DNA of 63,957 nt, counting the filler, from Asterionella formosa (taxonomy: Eukaryota), in assembly GCA_002256025.1 (NCBI GenBank). It is 8 parts of 8 records of this genome, joined end to end, with 100 filler letters (N's around TTAATTAATTAA, not from the genome) between each part and the next. Parts side by side here need not be neighbours in the genome. Positions count along the whole stretch, not along the records: positions 57,051 to 63,957 come from NKIB01012512.1; 7 more parts are not named here. One strand, written 5' to 3'. Positions 61,711-63,957 of the stretch are shown piece by piece; position 1 is the stretch's first letter, and each line of letters begins with the position of its first letter. Below the pieces are notes generated by a model that worked only from the letters and a program-made list of their open reading frames with translations, did no database searches and was not told the DNA's origin. A program made the position numbers and the translations under genes.

Positions 61711-62475
61711 ACAGAATATAATTTCCAGACTATGGATATTGATGACTTGCTTTATTAGGTGGGCGTTCACTCTTTATCGTTTTGCGCAGTCAAAGAACAT
61801 TGACAGGGGAAGCCAAAAATACCAAGTCTGGCGTGATGTTCTTGCTCCAGTGAATTTTATAGGCCGGACAAGCCGTGGAGAACCATGTATGACAGGAGAC
61901 AAATCTGGTGTGACCAAAATTCAACTAAGTCTTCGGGAAAAAGTGAATTGCAATCACGTTTTGTTGGTTTGCTGATCAATGCCAGTAAAGAAGCCTTTTG
62001 CTTCTTGGTGCTGAAAGGAAAGAAAAATATTTTGGTTTCAATCCAGATACGCATGAAATTTCAGAGAACGATATTCGTCATTCTACTGATTTTGTCGTCT
62101 CCAAAAGGAATTGAGCCCGGTTTCCAAGAAATGCAATTGTTTTTGCCATTCCTTTCTAGTTGCAACAGAATATAATTTCCTGACTATGGATATTGATGAC
62201 TTTATTAGGTGGGCATTTACGCTTTATCGTTTTGCGCAGTCAAAGGACATTGACAGGGGAAGCCAAGGATACCAAGTCTGGCCCGATGTTCTTGCTCCAG
62301 TGTATTTTATAGGCAGGACAAGCCATGGAGAACCATTTCTAACAGGAGACAAATCTGGTGTGACCAAATTTCATTTCAGTCTTCGGGCACCGTGTGAATT
62401 GCAATCACGTTTTGTTGGCTCGCTGATCAACACCAGTACAGAACCATTTTGATTCTTGGTGCTGAAAGGAAAAAT
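61711..62475. repeat. Tandem segmental duplication (~300-bp shared block, ~454-bp period)
   Basis: ACAGAATATAATTTCC.GACTATGGATATTGATGAC...FIRWAFTLYRFAQSK-encoding block at ~61711 and ~62165. Confidence 0.85.
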
Positions 62476-63957
62476 CCGATTGCAATTTTGTGCTTCAAAC
62501 TTTGTTCCCGACTCGGTGCATCAACTGCCTTAGCCAGCATCACATCTCTGTCTGCATTGATCTTCTTGAATTCGAGGTCTTGATCTAGCTGGGACTTTTT
62601 CTTGGATATCTTTTCTTTTAGAAATGCAGTAGTTTCTCTGCTTTCATTATGTTCATCTTGATGGTCTGGACGAATAGTGAGACAAATTTCTTGGTTTTGC
62701 AACTTTCAACCATTTCTACTTCAGAAATGATGTCTCCCACATTTCCGCCGGTATTTTCATTCATCGCATGAATTTGTTCATCAAATGAATGAGAATCACT
62801 GAGTTCTTCTTCATTATCAGTTATTTCAGGAGAATGAGGAGCAAAATACGACACCTGGATGGAACTGTGACTCTGTAGGAAGAGAGTCTTCATCCGTGAA
62901 GAACAAAGTTGTTTGGGTTTCCTCTTCAAAAGCAATATTTCCTTCTTTTCAATCTCTGCCACTATTTAATCGGCATAGCTACTTTATTATTATTTTTTCT
63001 GGAGTATTATGAATCTGTTCAAATTCATCTGATCTTTGAGTGTATTCAATGGAATCTTCGATTGATTTCATAAGTTTCTTCATCTTCTTTTCCGAAAACA
63101 TAGAGTCGTGTAGTGTAAACATCGGAAGTACTAAGTCACGTTTCTTGTTTGACTGATCCTTTGCATGAAATCCATGAAATGCCATTTGGAAAGTTGACAA
63201 AGGGCCAGAAGACTATGATGTAAAACAGTGGAAGGGAAAAGCGGAGCTTTTTGCGGCGCTTGTGGAGGTGCAACTGGTGTGATGGTAACCGAGTGTAGTA
63301 ATTGTTGAACAGAGCACAGTGTAATAGTATGCATGTTCTGCCAGTGTAGTGTTTACACAATACAAATGCCGGTATATATATCTATAACAAGGAAAAAGAC
63401 ACGACGATGAACGTGATGGCTGATTGTTGAGGATACCGGTATGTGATATGCATCAATCCATATCACAAATCATATTATAGTGATGTACATATCAATGCAT
63501 CCGTATACTTAAATCCTATACACTGTATAATACTATCATATTAACTGTTGGCTTTTACTGTTAACATTTAAGGTTGAATATATACATACTTGACTTATTT
63601 TCTATGATGTATTGATAACTTGGTAACACTTGCGTACATATTTTATCGTATTTTATTTTCATTGTATTTTTTTAACATAATCATATTTTGATCAAAAATC
63701 TATCATAAACATTTTAAGAAAACATCATAGTTCTATGATCAATGTATCATAGCTATGTGATTTACTTTATTCAATATTACATATCATACTTTGGTGATGC
63801 ATCGATGTAACCCTATCATGATATCACATTATCATCTTATCAATCATTCAATGTTGATTCGGAACTGTATTCTGCATCGTACTATAAAGTATGATAAAAT
63901 AACACGCACTTTAGTAGCTAAGTCACTGCTGTAATGTACACAAGTCGACAGTGTGTT

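Overview
This is eukaryotic nuclear DNA, most likely from a diatom. The evidence is short GT-AG introns, a nucleus-encoded plastid sigma-70 factor with an ASAF-like motif, a CoDi-like Copia element and an AdoMetDC-aminopropyltransferase-SET fusion. The window is not one locus. It is eight unlinked contigs of about 8.05 kb, sorted by decreasing length and joined by 100-nt N/TTAATTAATTAA/N spacers, so adjacency across spacers has no meaning. Genes found: PUS7/TruD (partial, missed by the ORF track); the candidate long-chain-polyamine synthase fusion; NDUFA13; NOP9; a small unknown membrane protein; a CDP-alcohol phosphotransferase-like domain with a degenerate catalytic motif fused to an intact HxGH cytidylyltransferase; a Gfo/Idh/MocA oxidoreductase; RPL27A; the sigma factor; a TatD nuclease; a partial type II membrane protein; and a GH10 pseudogene. 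The rest is largely decayed transposons. These include a full-length Copia with a chromodomain-like module nested in the last codons of an IS630/Tc1-like transposase, other copies of that transposase family, a Harbinger-like TIR element, a pogo/DDE_1 remnant, a possible Kolobok remnant with a P2X7-ballast-like ORF, and Copia RNase H fragments. The best candidates for under-described biology are the pseudo-phosphotransferase/cytidylyltransferase fusion, the membrane-anchored polyamine fusion, and promoter-proximal ACCGGT/GGTACC palindrome clusters. All calls come from manual reading; no searches were run.
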